Part shown: positions 38,981 through 48,467 of the stretch, piece by piece | How positions within the stretch are numbered: position 1 is the stretch's first letter | How the letters are laid out: every line of letters starts with the position of its first letter | Source of the DNA: a virus | Virus record (IMG/VR): IMGVR_UViG_3300031111_000008 | Coordinates: 1 to 64,000 of that record | Reading direction: 5' to 3' (one strand) | DNA length: 64,000 nucleotides | The notes under the pieces: generated by a model | The model's input: only the letters and a program-made list of their open reading frames with translations | Databases searched by the model: none | What the model was told of the DNA's origin: nothing | Made by a program: the position numbers and the translations under genes

Positions 38981-39759
38981 AAGGAAATCCTGCCGACGTT
39001 CCCAAGGAAGCTGCTTTAGCTCCAGCAGAGATTCCGCCTGATGTGACTACTGCCAGGTTCATGCTCCATATCACGTATGATTGCAATCTCTCATGCAAAA
39101 TGTGTGACAGGTTTACAGATGTGTCGAGATGGGAACATGCAAGCATGACTATAGAGGACATCATCCGTGGTTCGGAGATGTGTCTCAAGAGTTATGTCAA
39201 CGCTGTTTGGGTCAAGGTGGCTGGTGGAGAACCTATGGTTCATCCTCAGTTCTACGAGTTGTGTGAAGCTATTAAAAAGAATTGGATGCACACTCGCATA
39301 ACTAGATTCACAATAGCTTCAAATGGAACAATTCCTCTCAAGGAAAATCACAATCTCCGAGTACGGGTGTCTACTCCTGATGAAAAATATCATCAGCCTT
39401 GCATGATTTCTCCAAAGGATCTTGGAGAGAATCCTATTATGGGCTACACAAGGATTTGTAAATCCATCATGCGTTGTGGCAGAATGTTCGACACCTTTGG
39501 CTTCACGTCATGCGCCTACGCTGGCGTAATCGGGAGGATGATAAACTACGATCCTTACCGAGAACGTCCCGTGTTGTTTGGAGATATTCGGATTTGCGAA
39601 CATTGTCCAATGTCACTTTCTCACAGGCGCAGAACTCAATTGCGGAAGCAGGTGGCGGAAGGGAAAATCGAATACCCCACAAAGACGTACAGGGAAGGAA
39701 TCGAGAGACTTCGAGATGAACCTGTCACCTTTCCCAAATTTCAAGAGCGTTTGCAGTGA
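38977..39759 (+). CDS. radical SAM protein with C-terminal Cys cluster
   Basis: CNLSCKMC (CxxxCxxC), GGEP, SNG, CEHC. Confidence 0.9.
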   Translation: MKGNPADVPKEAALAPAEIPPDVTTARFMLHITYDCNLSCKMCDRFTDVSRWEHASMTIEDIIRGSEMCLKSYVNAVWVKVAGGEPMVHPQFYELCEAIKKNWMHTRITRFTIASNGTIPLKENHNLRVRVSTPDEKYHQPCMISPKDLGENPIMGYTRICKSIMRCGRMFDTFGFTSCAYAGVIGRMINYDPYRERPVLFGDIRICEHCPMSLSHRRRTQLRKQVAEGKIEYPTKTYREGIERLRDEPVTFPKFQERLQ

Positions 39760-40544
39760 AGACGATTGAGATAGTTTCCCATTGCCAAGCAGTTCAAAAT
39801 CCTTGGTATGCCTCTCTGCTGAATTACCAACTGAGCAGTTTGTTTTTGTATCCGTCTAAGAACTGTAAGATTCTTGTCACAATTTGTTGCAACCGAGAGG
39901 ACGTCAGAACAAATCGAGTCTTGAATTTTTACAAGCCAAAATTGGATTTGAACATCATTTATCAACCTTTTCCTGAATTGGGTAGAAGATCCATCGGCAG
40001 AGATTTGGTAGCACGTAGGACGGAAGCGGATATCGTTTGGTTTACCGATGTGGATTTCCTGTTTCGTGACAGTTGTTTGCAAACGCTAGTTGAACACCCC
40101 TGGAGTGGTTGTGTGGAAGGACTTCCACACAAAGACTCTCCTGCAATAGTCTATCCTTCAGTGATTCAAGCGCAGCGATTGGAACAAGGACTAAAGCTAT
40201 CTCCAGACAAACTTTTGATAGGGTTAGTAGACATCGACGAGAAAGAGTTTGAACCTTTGGAATTTGATCGTCCGACAGGGGCTTTGCAGATCATTAAGGG
40301 GCCATTAGTTAGAGAGTGGGGATACTGCCGCGACAACCACCACGAACTCCCAGAAGATGGTAGCTTTGATAGATGCCTTGGGGATCCTACTTTCCGAAGA
40401 ATGTACAGGAACAAAGGGCATTGGAAACCCATAGATTTGCAAGGAGTGTACCGATTACGACATCCTCTGCGCGAAGGGCATAGACTCAAGAAGATAGAAG
40501 AGAAAAGGCTGAGACGCCAGAAATTACGGGAGAATAATGGCTAG
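39756..40544 (+). CDS. GT-A (GT2-like) glycosyltransferase, paralog 1
   Basis: RSIGRD...TEADIVWFTDVD. Confidence 0.75.
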   Translation: MKTIEIVSHCQAVQNPWYASLLNYQLSSLFLYPSKNCKILVTICCNREDVRTNRVLNFYKPKLDLNIIYQPFPELGRRSIGRDLVARRTEADIVWFTDVDFLFRDSCLQTLVEHPWSGCVEGLPHKDSPAIVYPSVIQAQRLEQGLKLSPDKLLIGLVDIDEKEFEPLEFDRPTGALQIIKGPLVREWGYCRDNHHELPEDGSFDRCLGDPTFRRMYRNKGHWKPIDLQGVYRLRHPLREGHRLKKIEEKRLRRQKLRENNG

Positions 40545-41226
40545 GTTTCTTGGTGACACAAATGACTTTTTTCTGCACATACCTCGGACAGGAGGTTCTT
40601 GGATCCAAAAAGCTTTGGACGCGAGTAAGATCAGAACCTTTCTGTGGAATTCTAGAAGACCTTCCCAGATAGCCATGAAGCATTTTCTGCTGGGACATAT
40701 TGAGTACGACAGTCTCGCAAAGTTGAATCGAGTATTTACTTTCGTACGGCACCCAATTTCATACTATGAGTCTGTCTGGGGTTGGATGATGGAATCGAAA
40801 GGCAGTAGAAACAATTGGAGAATACTCAAGCGGTACGATTGGCATCCACATTTGGCAGCAATAAATAGTTTCCATCCTGATTTCAATGCTTGGTTACAGT
40901 CGTTGTTAGACAAGGAGCCTTGCTGGTACACTCGCTTAGTGGAGCAGTACGTTGGTCCTCAAGGAGGAGAGTTTTGTGATTATATAGGACGTACTGAAAC
41001 ACTGACGTCTGATTTCTTTAGAATATTGGAATGGTTGGGTTACAGTGAGCAGGTTGTGAAACACAGGGACGAGGTTGAGAAGCTGGGACGAATCAATCCA
41101 TCTATACGGAAACCGGAATGGGAAACTTCTTTGGTGGAGCGGGTAGTACACGAAGAACGGCGAGTGGTTAAAAGATTTTATGGTGCTGATGAGCACCGTA
41201 GATTTTATGGTTCTCGTACTCTGTGA
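40537..41226 (+). CDS. sulfotransferase-family protein
   Basis: FLHIPRTGGS (5'-PSB-like), FVRHP...S, YIGRTETL..DF. Confidence 0.8.
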   Translation: MARFLGDTNDFFLHIPRTGGSWIQKALDASKIRTFLWNSRRPSQIAMKHFLLGHIEYDSLAKLNRVFTFVRHPISYYESVWGWMMESKGSRNNWRILKRYDWHPHLAAINSFHPDFNAWLQSLLDKEPCWYTRLVEQYVGPQGGEFCDYIGRTETLTSDFFRILEWLGYSEQVVKHRDEVEKLGRINPSIRKPEWETSLVERVVHEERRVVKRFYGADEHRRFYGSRTL

Positions 41227-41978
41227 AAGGTTTTGTGGTGGATGTTGAAATTGTTTCTCACTGCTATTCGGAAAGTGATCCTTGCTACGCCGTCTTTTTG
41301 GATTTTCAACTTAGTTCGATTCTGCTCAACCCTTCCAGTTGCAAAGTGCAGATGACCGTTTGCTGTACTCCTTCTGACGAGCGTACTCAAAAGGTTTTGG
41401 AGTTCTTCAAAAACAAACTGAATCTGAAGATTATCGAGTTGTCAGTAGAGAAACTGGGCAGAAGAAGCGTTGGTAGAAATATGGCTGCTAAGCAGACAGA
41501 AGCGAATTTTGTTTGGTTTGCAGATACCGATTATCTCTTTGGAGACAACTGCCTAGATACGCTGGTAGAGTATGAATGGGAAAAGAAGAGAGTGTTGGTT
41601 TATCCAAGGAAGGTTCGTTTTCATAAGAGACACGAATTGGGTGATTCTTTAGTAAAACAACATGACGGAACGGTTGGAATTTTTGGTGTCAACGAAGATG
41701 AATTCGTAACCAAAACCAACAAGATGGCTTGGGGAGGAATACAGATAGCCCGTGGAGATCACGTTCGTAAGCACGGTTACTTGGATGGATTTCAGAAGTT
41801 TATGAAGGGGGCCGAAAAACCGTTTGCTGATTTTCGGGATGACGTGCGTTTCCGAAAGTGTTGTGAGAAGAAAGGCATTACTTTACCTCTTAGAATCCCA
41901 AATCTTTATCGGCTTAGACATTCCTACATTTCGTGCCGCAGACGGCCTGGGCATGTTCCACTAAACATCCGAGATTAG
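41223..41978 (+). CDS. GT-A (GT2-like) glycosyltransferase, paralog 2
   Basis: RSVGRN...VWFADTD. Confidence 0.75.
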   Translation: MKGFVVDVEIVSHCYSESDPCYAVFLDFQLSSILLNPSSCKVQMTVCCTPSDERTQKVLEFFKNKLNLKIIELSVEKLGRRSVGRNMAAKQTEANFVWFADTDYLFGDNCLDTLVEYEWEKKRVLVYPRKVRFHKRHELGDSLVKQHDGTVGIFGVNEDEFVTKTNKMAWGGIQIARGDHVRKHGYLDGFQKFMKGAEKPFADFRDDVRFRKCCEKKGITLPLRIPNLYRLRHSYISCRRRPGHVPLNIRD

Positions 41979-41997
41979 TTTTGCTGAGGAGATTCAC

Positions 41998-42711
41998 ATA
42001 AAGATCATCGAGATAGTTACGCATTGCCAATCCATAAGACGGGACTTTTACGCCGCTCTTTTGAACTACCAACTCAGCAGCTTGGTTATTTATCCCCCAA
42101 CGAAATGTCATGCTAGAGTTACTGTTTTCTCCAGCCGTGAAGATGAACGCACCCAGAAGGTTCTTGAGCATTTTTTGGGTCTAGACAAACTAGATTTGAA
42201 TTGTGTGTATCAGCCTTTGGAGGAATTGGGAAGAAGATCTATCGGGAGAGACTTGGCGGCAAAGAAAACAAAAGCGGACATTGTCTGGTTTACCGATGCG
42301 GATTTTTTATTTCGAGATGGGTGCCTGGATTCTTTGGCAACCAAGCAATGGAGGGATGGTACTGCTGCTGTAATCCCCAAGAAATTTAGGGTGAGCAGAA
42401 GCGAGCAGTTTGGGATGAAAGCCATTAAGAGGGTGGATCGTCCCAGGGTTCTGGACATAAAAGAGGATGAATTCGGAAATTCTATCTGTACTCGCATGTT
42501 GGGAGCTTTGCAAATAGTCAGAGGACCAGAAGTAAAATCTTGGGGTTATTGTCGGGGTCATAGATACCACCAATTACCTACAGATGGAACATTTGAAAGA
42601 TGTCGTAGCGATACCGAGTTTCGACGGTTCTGGGGGACGAGGGGCGATGTGCAGAGAATCGCTATACCCAATCTGTATAGGATATTACATCCCCATCCTC
42701 CCCGAAGGTGA
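41998..42711 (+). CDS. GT-A (GT2-like) glycosyltransferase, paralog 3 (apparent ATA start)
   Basis: RSIGRD...VWFTDAD; homology extends upstream to ATA-AAG-ATC-ATC-GAG after GAGGAG. Confidence 0.7.
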   Translation: MKIIEIVTHCQSIRRDFYAALLNYQLSSLVIYPPTKCHARVTVFSSREDERTQKVLEHFLGLDKLDLNCVYQPLEELGRRSIGRDLAAKKTKADIVWFTDADFLFRDGCLDSLATKQWRDGTAAVIPKKFRVSRSEQFGMKAIKRVDRPRVLDIKEDEFGNSICTRMLGALQIVRGPEVKSWGYCRGHRYHQLPTDGTFERCRSDTEFRRFWGTRGDVQRIAIPNLYRILHPHPPRR

Positions 42712-42771
42712 GAGAGAAAACTAATTAACCAACCAGAAGAAGTTCTCGTGACAGAATAATAGTATTGAAAA

Positions 42772-43299
42772 ATGATTGAATTTACAAACTTTCAGTTAGC
42801 CAGTCCTCCACTGGTTGGAGGAGGTTGGTTGCTTGAAGTTCTTTTGCGGCAGAAGGTGTGTCCAACGGAAAGAGTTTCTTGTACGCGGGAACTGCTTCAG
42901 CCTTTCCCAAACGGAAAAACCAATGATCGTTTAAGAATTTCTTTTGTCAGACATCCTTGCGACTGGTTGTGTGATGTGTTCAGTCGGGAAGTTTTGTTGG
43001 ATAATGACATAGACCTTCTACCCCGAACTAGCCTGGATGATTTTGTCAAAGCTTATCTGGATCGGTTTCCTGGTTTGATTTCTAAAATCTTCCTTTCGTA
43101 CAAAGCAGGTTCTTTTCTGCGTGCCGAAGACCTGCCAGGGTGTGCTTACGAACTGCTGGAAATGCTTGGGATACCAAGACCGGAAACAGTGCCTCAGCTA
43201 ACCCATTTGAGACTTGCTCCCAAATTGAGTAGTAAGAACCTACGTCGAGAACTCAGAAAAGCCGAAGAGGAGATATTTGATGCCTTCGACTACTACTAA
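42772..43299 (+). CDS. degenerate sulfotransferase-like protein
   Basis: ISFVRHP.DWL, FLRAEDL; 5'-PSB motif eroded. Confidence 0.55.
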   Translation: MIEFTNFQLASPPLVGGGWLLEVLLRQKVCPTERVSCTRELLQPFPNGKTNDRLRISFVRHPCDWLCDVFSREVLLDNDIDLLPRTSLDDFVKAYLDRFPGLISKIFLSYKAGSFLRAEDLPGCAYELLEMLGIPRPETVPQLTHLRLAPKLSSKNLRRELRKAEEEIFDAFDYY

Positions 43300-44026
43300 G
43301 GGGAAAGTTGCAATCGTCATTCCTGCCCGCATGGAAAGCAGTAGGTTGCCTAACAAACCATTGCTGCCCATCCAAGGCAGACCAATGCTCTGGCATACGT
43401 ATGATAGAGCTAGGCAATCCAAAGCGGATCATATTATAGTCACTACTCCAAACAAAGAGATTGCTGAGTATTGCCAAACAATGAATATGATATGGATGGG
43501 ATCCTCTACAGAAAACCAGAACGGGACTCAGAGGGTTGCTGAGATTGCCGAGAAGCTGAGGACCGAAGCGGGAATTGAAACTATCATCAATTTGCAGTGC
43601 GATGAGTATTGCATTAAACCAGAAGATTTGGATTGTTTTATCGACTTCTCCATCGACTCCTTTTACGACAAGCTTTGCTTTGATGTCTGCACGATAGCTG
43701 CTCGGAGATGTTCCTGGGGGAGTCTTGACGATTTCAGCATAACCAAGGTAGTTGTTTCGGTGAGTAATCGAGCCCACTGGTTCAGCCGAGCCCCTATGGG
43801 AGGATCTCTTTTTCATTGTGGTATCTATTCTTACCCTCTACGTGAACTGATCTCGCTAGGGCAGCTTCCTCCTTCGAGTCTCAGCAAATGCGAAAGCTTG
43901 GAGCAGCTGACTTTTCTCGAAGACGGTCGTTTGGTAGGTGCTCTTGTTGTGGATGAGCTTCCCAGATCTCTCAACACAAAAGAAGAGTATGATGAAATCA
44001 GACGACAAGAATTGGAAGTCAATTGA
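43277..44026 (+). CDS. kdsB: CMP-Kdo synthetase-like cytidylyltransferase
   Basis: IPARMESSRLPNKPL, NGTQR, INLQCDE, FSRAP, HCGIYSY, ESLEQL. Confidence 0.85.
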   Translation: MMPSTTTKGKVAIVIPARMESSRLPNKPLLPIQGRPMLWHTYDRARQSKADHIIVTTPNKEIAEYCQTMNMIWMGSSTENQNGTQRVAEIAEKLRTEAGIETIINLQCDEYCIKPEDLDCFIDFSIDSFYDKLCFDVCTIAARRCSWGSLDDFSITKVVVSVSNRAHWFSRAPMGGSLFHCGIYSYPLRELISLGQLPPSSLSKCESLEQLTFLEDGRLVGALVVDELPRSLNTKEEYDEIRRQELEVN

Positions 44027-44792
44027 AATTGTTGTTCATTGTTATGCGAAAGAACGTCCTTGGTATGCTGCTCTGTTTTGTTACCAGTTTTCTTCTTTAG
44101 TTCTATTTCCTCCCTCCTGCAATGTGCGGCTAACTCTCTTCTGCGATCCAAAAGATGAGGTGCTTGGAAAGTTTCTGGATTTCTTTTGCAAGCACTATTT
44201 ATTTGGAGTCGACTTGAATGTTATCCATAAGGATGTTTCCAAGCTCGGACGGCGGGCGATAGGAAGAAATGAAGCGTCGAAGAGTACCAATGCCGATATT
44301 GTCTGGTACACGGATCCCGACTATGTTTTCGAGCAAGGATGTTTGGATGCTTTGTCAAACACTACTTGGCCCGACAACGCAGTGCTGCTATTTCCCCATT
44401 CAGTCTTCGAGCAGTACCCAAAGCGAATAGACGTTCCCGAATTGAGAGATCTTGTAGAGAGACCTCGGCTGGCGCGTCTAGCTCCTCACGAGAAGTGTAT
44501 CAGCTTTTATAGTCATGCGTTCTTCAGGGCGATGGGATCGATTCAAATCGTTCAAGGCGACTTTGCCAGAAAGTATGGATATTGTCCCCATCATGATAAA
44601 TTCCAATCTCCAACAGACAGTCCTTTTGATGGTTACTCTTCACAGTCGGATCTGTCTTTTCGACTCGGCTGCAAACGGATTGCTAGAAACGCTGACTTCC
44701 AGCAGCCGGTAGACATTCCTAACATTTACCGCATGTCTCATCCGTCGCGACGGCATTCGGCGGAGAAGGCAAAACTAAAATGTGGGTGGTAG
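43989..44792 (+). CDS. GT-A (GT2-like) glycosyltransferase, paralog 4
   Basis: RAIGRN...VWYTDPD. Confidence 0.75.
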   Translation: MMKSDDKNWKSIEIVVHCYAKERPWYAALFCYQFSSLVLFPPSCNVRLTLFCDPKDEVLGKFLDFFCKHYLFGVDLNVIHKDVSKLGRRAIGRNEASKSTNADIVWYTDPDYVFEQGCLDALSNTTWPDNAVLLFPHSVFEQYPKRIDVPELRDLVERPRLARLAPHEKCISFYSHAFFRAMGSIQIVQGDFARKYGYCPHHDKFQSPTDSPFDGYSSQSDLSFRLGCKRIARNADFQQPVDIPNIYRMSHPSRRHSAEKAKLKCGW

Positions 44793-44793
44793 C

Positions 44794-45069
44794 ATGTTCA
44801 CTTGGTTGAGAAACAAACTAAGGAATTGGCTTCTCGAAGCGGGGGAGGAAAAACCTCCGAAGTTGACTCTCGATTGTCTAGAGAACAACAAGCCTGCAAC
44901 GTATCTCATCACAGGAACAGTAGGACTCTATTTGATTGCGCAGGGCAGAGGATTAGTGGGAGAGGGAATTGCTGTGGATCGGGAACACTACCACCAGATC
45001 TGGCGGCACTTCAACAGACACGTCAAATTGGAGTGGGTAGGAGACATCCCTCCAAACGAGAAGTCTTGA
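44794..45069 (+). CDS. hypothetical protein
   Basis: Coupled ORF. Confidence 0.55.
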   Translation: MFTWLRNKLRNWLLEAGEEKPPKLTLDCLENNKPATYLITGTVGLYLIAQGRGLVGEGIAVDREHYHQIWRHFNRHVKLEWVGDIPPNEKS

Positions 45070-45094
45070 CTACACCTTTCTGGTGTGGTATACT
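45066..45094 (+). promoter_or_regulatory. sigma70-type promoter for helicase/primase operon
   Basis: TTGACT-17 bp-TATACT with extended TG. Confidence 0.75.
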
Positions 45095-45137
45095 AGTTGT
45101 TGCTTTTGGACAAGCTGGCCGTCTCTATCCGTGTGGA

Positions 45138-46505
45138 ATGATGACTCTCAAACCATTCAAATACCAACGGGAAACCCTGGATGAGATCGACGAGTTCGGA
45201 GGGAGATCCCTCGTCGGGCATCAAATGGGGCTTGGTAAGACTCTTATCACTCTCTGGTGGATGAAGCGGCATCGGAAGGAAGCCTTCCCTGCTCTTGTCG
45301 TCTGCCCAGCAAGTTTGAAACTGATGTGGGCTCATGAGGCTCGGAGTATTTTGGGAATTGAACCGTTGGTGCTGCAAGGAAGAAAAGCCCATGAGGATAA
45401 GATTGGCTGGAGTGAAAAGTTTGTCGTCATCAATTATGAGGTTTTGCAAAATTGGAAAGAGGTTTTAGACGATTACCAGTTTCAAACATTGGTACTCGAA
45501 GAATGCCAGTATTGCAAATCGCACACAACAAAGAGGACAAAAGCTGCAAAGTATTTAGCTAGGCATATTCCATACGTACTAGCACTCAGCGGGACACCAA
45601 TGTTGAATCGTCCCATTGAATTGCATCCTGTATTGGACATGATTTCTCCAAAAACTTTTGGCACCAGGTTCAATTTTGGAAAGAAGTTTTGTGCAGGAAG
45701 ACTTGGTCCTTGGGGTTGGGAATTCAAAGGAGCGACACACACCGATGAGCTTCATGCCCTCCTCAAGAAAACTTGCATGACGCGAAGGCTGAAGTCAGAA
45801 GTTCTCAAGGATCTTCCCCCAAAGAATCGATTTGTTGTTCCCGTCCCGATGCGCAATCCGGAGGAGTACGAGGAGGCTCAGGATAACTTTCTGGAGTGGT
45901 TGGAAAAAAAGGATTCTACGAAGGCTGCTCTCGCCAAAGAGGCTGAGGCAGTTGTACAACTTGGCTACTTGAAAAGGCTGGCAGCGCGACTCAAAGCCAA
46001 GTATGTGGTTCGTTGGATCAACAAATGGCTAAAGGACAGTAATGGGGACAAGCTGGTTTTGTTTGCAGAACACCGAGGAATGCTTGGTGTATTGGAAAAG
46101 CGTTGTAAGGCAAAATCGGTTGTTCTCGAAGGTCGAACTTCAATGAAGCGGCGGAACGAACGGGTTGAGCAATTCCAGAATGACCCCGAAACGAGATTAT
46201 TCATTGCAAATAGACAGGTGGGAGGGACGGGATTCACTCTCACAGCTGCTTCCACTGTCGTTTTCACCGAGTTCGACTGGGTTCCTGCTAATCTCATTCA
46301 GGCTGAAGATCGGATCCATCGAATAGGACAAACCAGAAAAGCTTTGATTTACTACTTCGTCGCGATGGGGACAATTGAAGAATCTTTGTGTGGCATCATC
46401 CAGTCTAAACAGAGGACTTTCGACGCCGTTCTCGACGGCGGGAAAATGGATGACAGCATGGACATTTATAACCAACTTTTGGAGGAGTACAAAAATGGAT
46501 CTTGA
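45138..46505 (+). CDS. SNF2/HARP-like helicase
   Basis: MGLGKT, VVCPAS, INYE, LEECQ, LSGTP..N, QAEDRIHRIGQ. Confidence 0.92.
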   Translation: MMTLKPFKYQRETLDEIDEFGGRSLVGHQMGLGKTLITLWWMKRHRKEAFPALVVCPASLKLMWAHEARSILGIEPLVLQGRKAHEDKIGWSEKFVVINYEVLQNWKEVLDDYQFQTLVLEECQYCKSHTTKRTKAAKYLARHIPYVLALSGTPMLNRPIELHPVLDMISPKTFGTRFNFGKKFCAGRLGPWGWEFKGATHTDELHALLKKTCMTRRLKSEVLKDLPPKNRFVVPVPMRNPEEYEEAQDNFLEWLEKKDSTKAALAKEAEAVVQLGYLKRLAARLKAKYVVRWINKWLKDSNGDKLVLFAEHRGMLGVLEKRCKAKSVVLEGRTSMKRRNERVEQFQNDPETRLFIANRQVGGTGFTLTAASTVVFTEFDWVPANLIQAEDRIHRIGQTRKALIYYFVAMGTIEESLCGIIQSKQRTFDAVLDGGKMDDSMDIYNQLLEEYKNGS

Positions 46506-46590
46506 ATATTTGAAGTTGGTTGCCGCCCTCCTCGTTTCTGTTGTTTTCATTTTCACAATTTTCTATCTGACGACGAGAAAGGATTTTTAG
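46495..46590 (+). CDS. small membrane peptide
   Basis: GGAGG RBS; single TM segment. Confidence 0.45.
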   Translation: MDLEYLKLVAALLVSVVFIFTIFYLTTRKDF

Positions 46591-46591
46591 C

Positions 46592-47467
46592 GTGCTTTCC
46601 ATCACTGATGTTTTGCGAGAACACGGTGTCGACTTTCGTGAATTTTCTGACCACAAAAATGTCCGCGAAGGTTGGATTGGAGTCTGCTGTCCATACTGCG
46701 GAGATTTGGAAGGCAAGTTCCATCTCGGCATCGAAGTTGATGCTTCCAGAGCCACTTGCTGGGTTTGTGGTTGGCATCCTTTAGCTGATGTTCTGAAAGA
46801 ACTCACAGGAGAGCCCTACAGTGCGTGTCAGACGCTTTCCGAGACTCTGCACGAACCAACAGCCGCCAAGGACAGATTGCCCAGAGGAGGCAAGCTGAGG
46901 CTTCCTGCGGGCATTGGCAAATTTGAGGAAGCCCATCGCCGGTATCTTGAGGGACGGCAGTTTGATCTGGATGAGTTATCTGAAAAGTGGGGAGTGGCTG
47001 GGATAGGAATCGCTGCCCGCCTAGCTTGGAGAATATTTGTTCCAATAACCCACGAAGGGGAAACGGTTTCGTGGACGACTCGAAGTCTGTCGAAACGTGG
47101 TAGGTACATCAACGCAAGTGCTGAAGAGGAGATAGTGAATCCAAAATCCTTCCTTTTTGGCGAAGAACATTGCATCCACACGATCATCATCGTCGAAGGT
47201 CCATTTGATCTTTTCAAAGTAGGTTATGGTGCAGTTGCTACGATGGGAGTCGGGTATTCTCCCGAGCAATTTGCAAGAATGACGAAGTACCCAAATCGAA
47301 TAGTCTGTTTTGACAACGAGCCGATCGCGCAAAGGAGAGCGTTGACACTTTGCAACGATCTCGAAGAGTATCCTGGAGAAACTACAAATGTGGTTTTGAA
47401 AGCTAAAGATCCGGGAAGTGCCTTTCCTTTTGAAATCTCACAGTTAAGGAAGAAATTTCTGGTTTAG
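46592..47467 (+). CDS. DNA primase (Zn finger plus TOPRIM)
   Basis: CPYC...H...CWVC; VEGPFD; CFDNE; KDPG. Confidence 0.85.
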   Translation: MLSITDVLREHGVDFREFSDHKNVREGWIGVCCPYCGDLEGKFHLGIEVDASRATCWVCGWHPLADVLKELTGEPYSACQTLSETLHEPTAAKDRLPRGGKLRLPAGIGKFEEAHRRYLEGRQFDLDELSEKWGVAGIGIAARLAWRIFVPITHEGETVSWTTRSLSKRGRYINASAEEEIVNPKSFLFGEEHCIHTIIIVEGPFDLFKVGYGAVATMGVGYSPEQFARMTKYPNRIVCFDNEPIAQRRALTLCNDLEEYPGETTNVVLKAKDPGSAFPFEISQLRKKFLV

Positions 47468-47476
47468 GAGAACCCA

Positions 47477-48358
47477 ATGCCTAAGATTTGTTACATCGAA
47501 AAGAAATTCACTACCGCCAGTCGCAGCCTAATAACAAAAGCAAATGAAATCATTCGGGAGTACTCCCTGCAAGGATTTCGGCTGACGCTACGACAACTTT
47601 ACTACCAATTCGTAGCCAGGGATTGGATAGAAAACAGCCAGAGAAGTTACAAGCGACTAGGTTCTGTAATTGGAGATGCGAGGAATGCTGGCCTGGTCGA
47701 TTGGTACGCCATCGAGGACAGGACTCGCAATGTGCGTGCTCTGAATCATTGGGATCATCCTAGCGACATTCTTCGGGCTTGTGCCGGACAGTTTCAATTA
47801 GATTTGTGGAAAGGGCAGGCGTACCGTCCAGAAGTTTGGATTGAAAAGGATGCTCTCGTCGGCGTCTTTGAGCCCATTTGCCAAGAATTGGATGTTTCTT
47901 TGTTTTCTTGTCGAGGTTACACCAGCCAGTCTGAAATGTGGACGGCTGCGCAACGAGTCAAGTCCAACCGTACAGAAGATCAGAGATCTGTTATTCTTCA
48001 TTTTGGAGATTACGATCCCAGTGGCATTGACATGTCCCGAGACATTTGTGACAGGCTGGAACTGTATTCTGGTGAGGCGGTCCATTTCGAGCGATTAGCG
48101 TTAAACAGAGATCAGGTTGATCGATATGGACCTCCTCCAAATCCTGCGAAGGTGACTGACAGCAGGTTTGCGAATTACGTGAGAATTCATGGAGGAGAGA
48201 GTTGGGAACTTGATGCTTTGGAACCGGCTGTTCTTGCAGATTTGGTTCGGGAAAACGTGCTAGACTATCGAGCGGATGGACTTTGGAATGAAGCTGTGGA
48301 ACGACAACAAGCAGCAAGAAATCGGTTGCAGGTTCTTGCCGACGAGTGGGAGGATTAA
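47477..48358 (+). CDS. Topo VI-A/Spo11-like TOPRIM protein
   Basis: TLRQLYY, EVWIEKDAL, RGYTS, FGDYDPSG, WELDAL. Confidence 0.85.
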   Translation: MPKICYIEKKFTTASRSLITKANEIIREYSLQGFRLTLRQLYYQFVARDWIENSQRSYKRLGSVIGDARNAGLVDWYAIEDRTRNVRALNHWDHPSDILRACAGQFQLDLWKGQAYRPEVWIEKDALVGVFEPICQELDVSLFSCRGYTSQSEMWTAAQRVKSNRTEDQRSVILHFGDYDPSGIDMSRDICDRLELYSGEAVHFERLALNRDQVDRYGPPPNPAKVTDSRFANYVRIHGGESWELDALEPAVLADLVRENVLDYRADGLWNEAVERQQAARNRLQVLADEWED

Positions 48359-48360
48359 GG

Positions 48361-48444
48361 ATGAGTAACATTTGGCTTACTGCCGATACCCACTTCGGAC
48401 ATGAAGCAATACTGAAACACATGCCTGAAATCCAATGTACTTGA
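48361..48444 (+). pseudogene. truncated metallophosphoesterase (N-terminal 27 codons)
   Basis: MSNIWLTADTHFGH then stop. Confidence 0.7.
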
Positions 48445-48467
48445 GCACTGCAAACGGGGAATAGCAA

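Noticed and set aside
44802-45137. N-terminal extension of the SNF2 ORF
   Set aside because: Overlaps another ORF and a good promoter; helicase homology starts at ATG 45138
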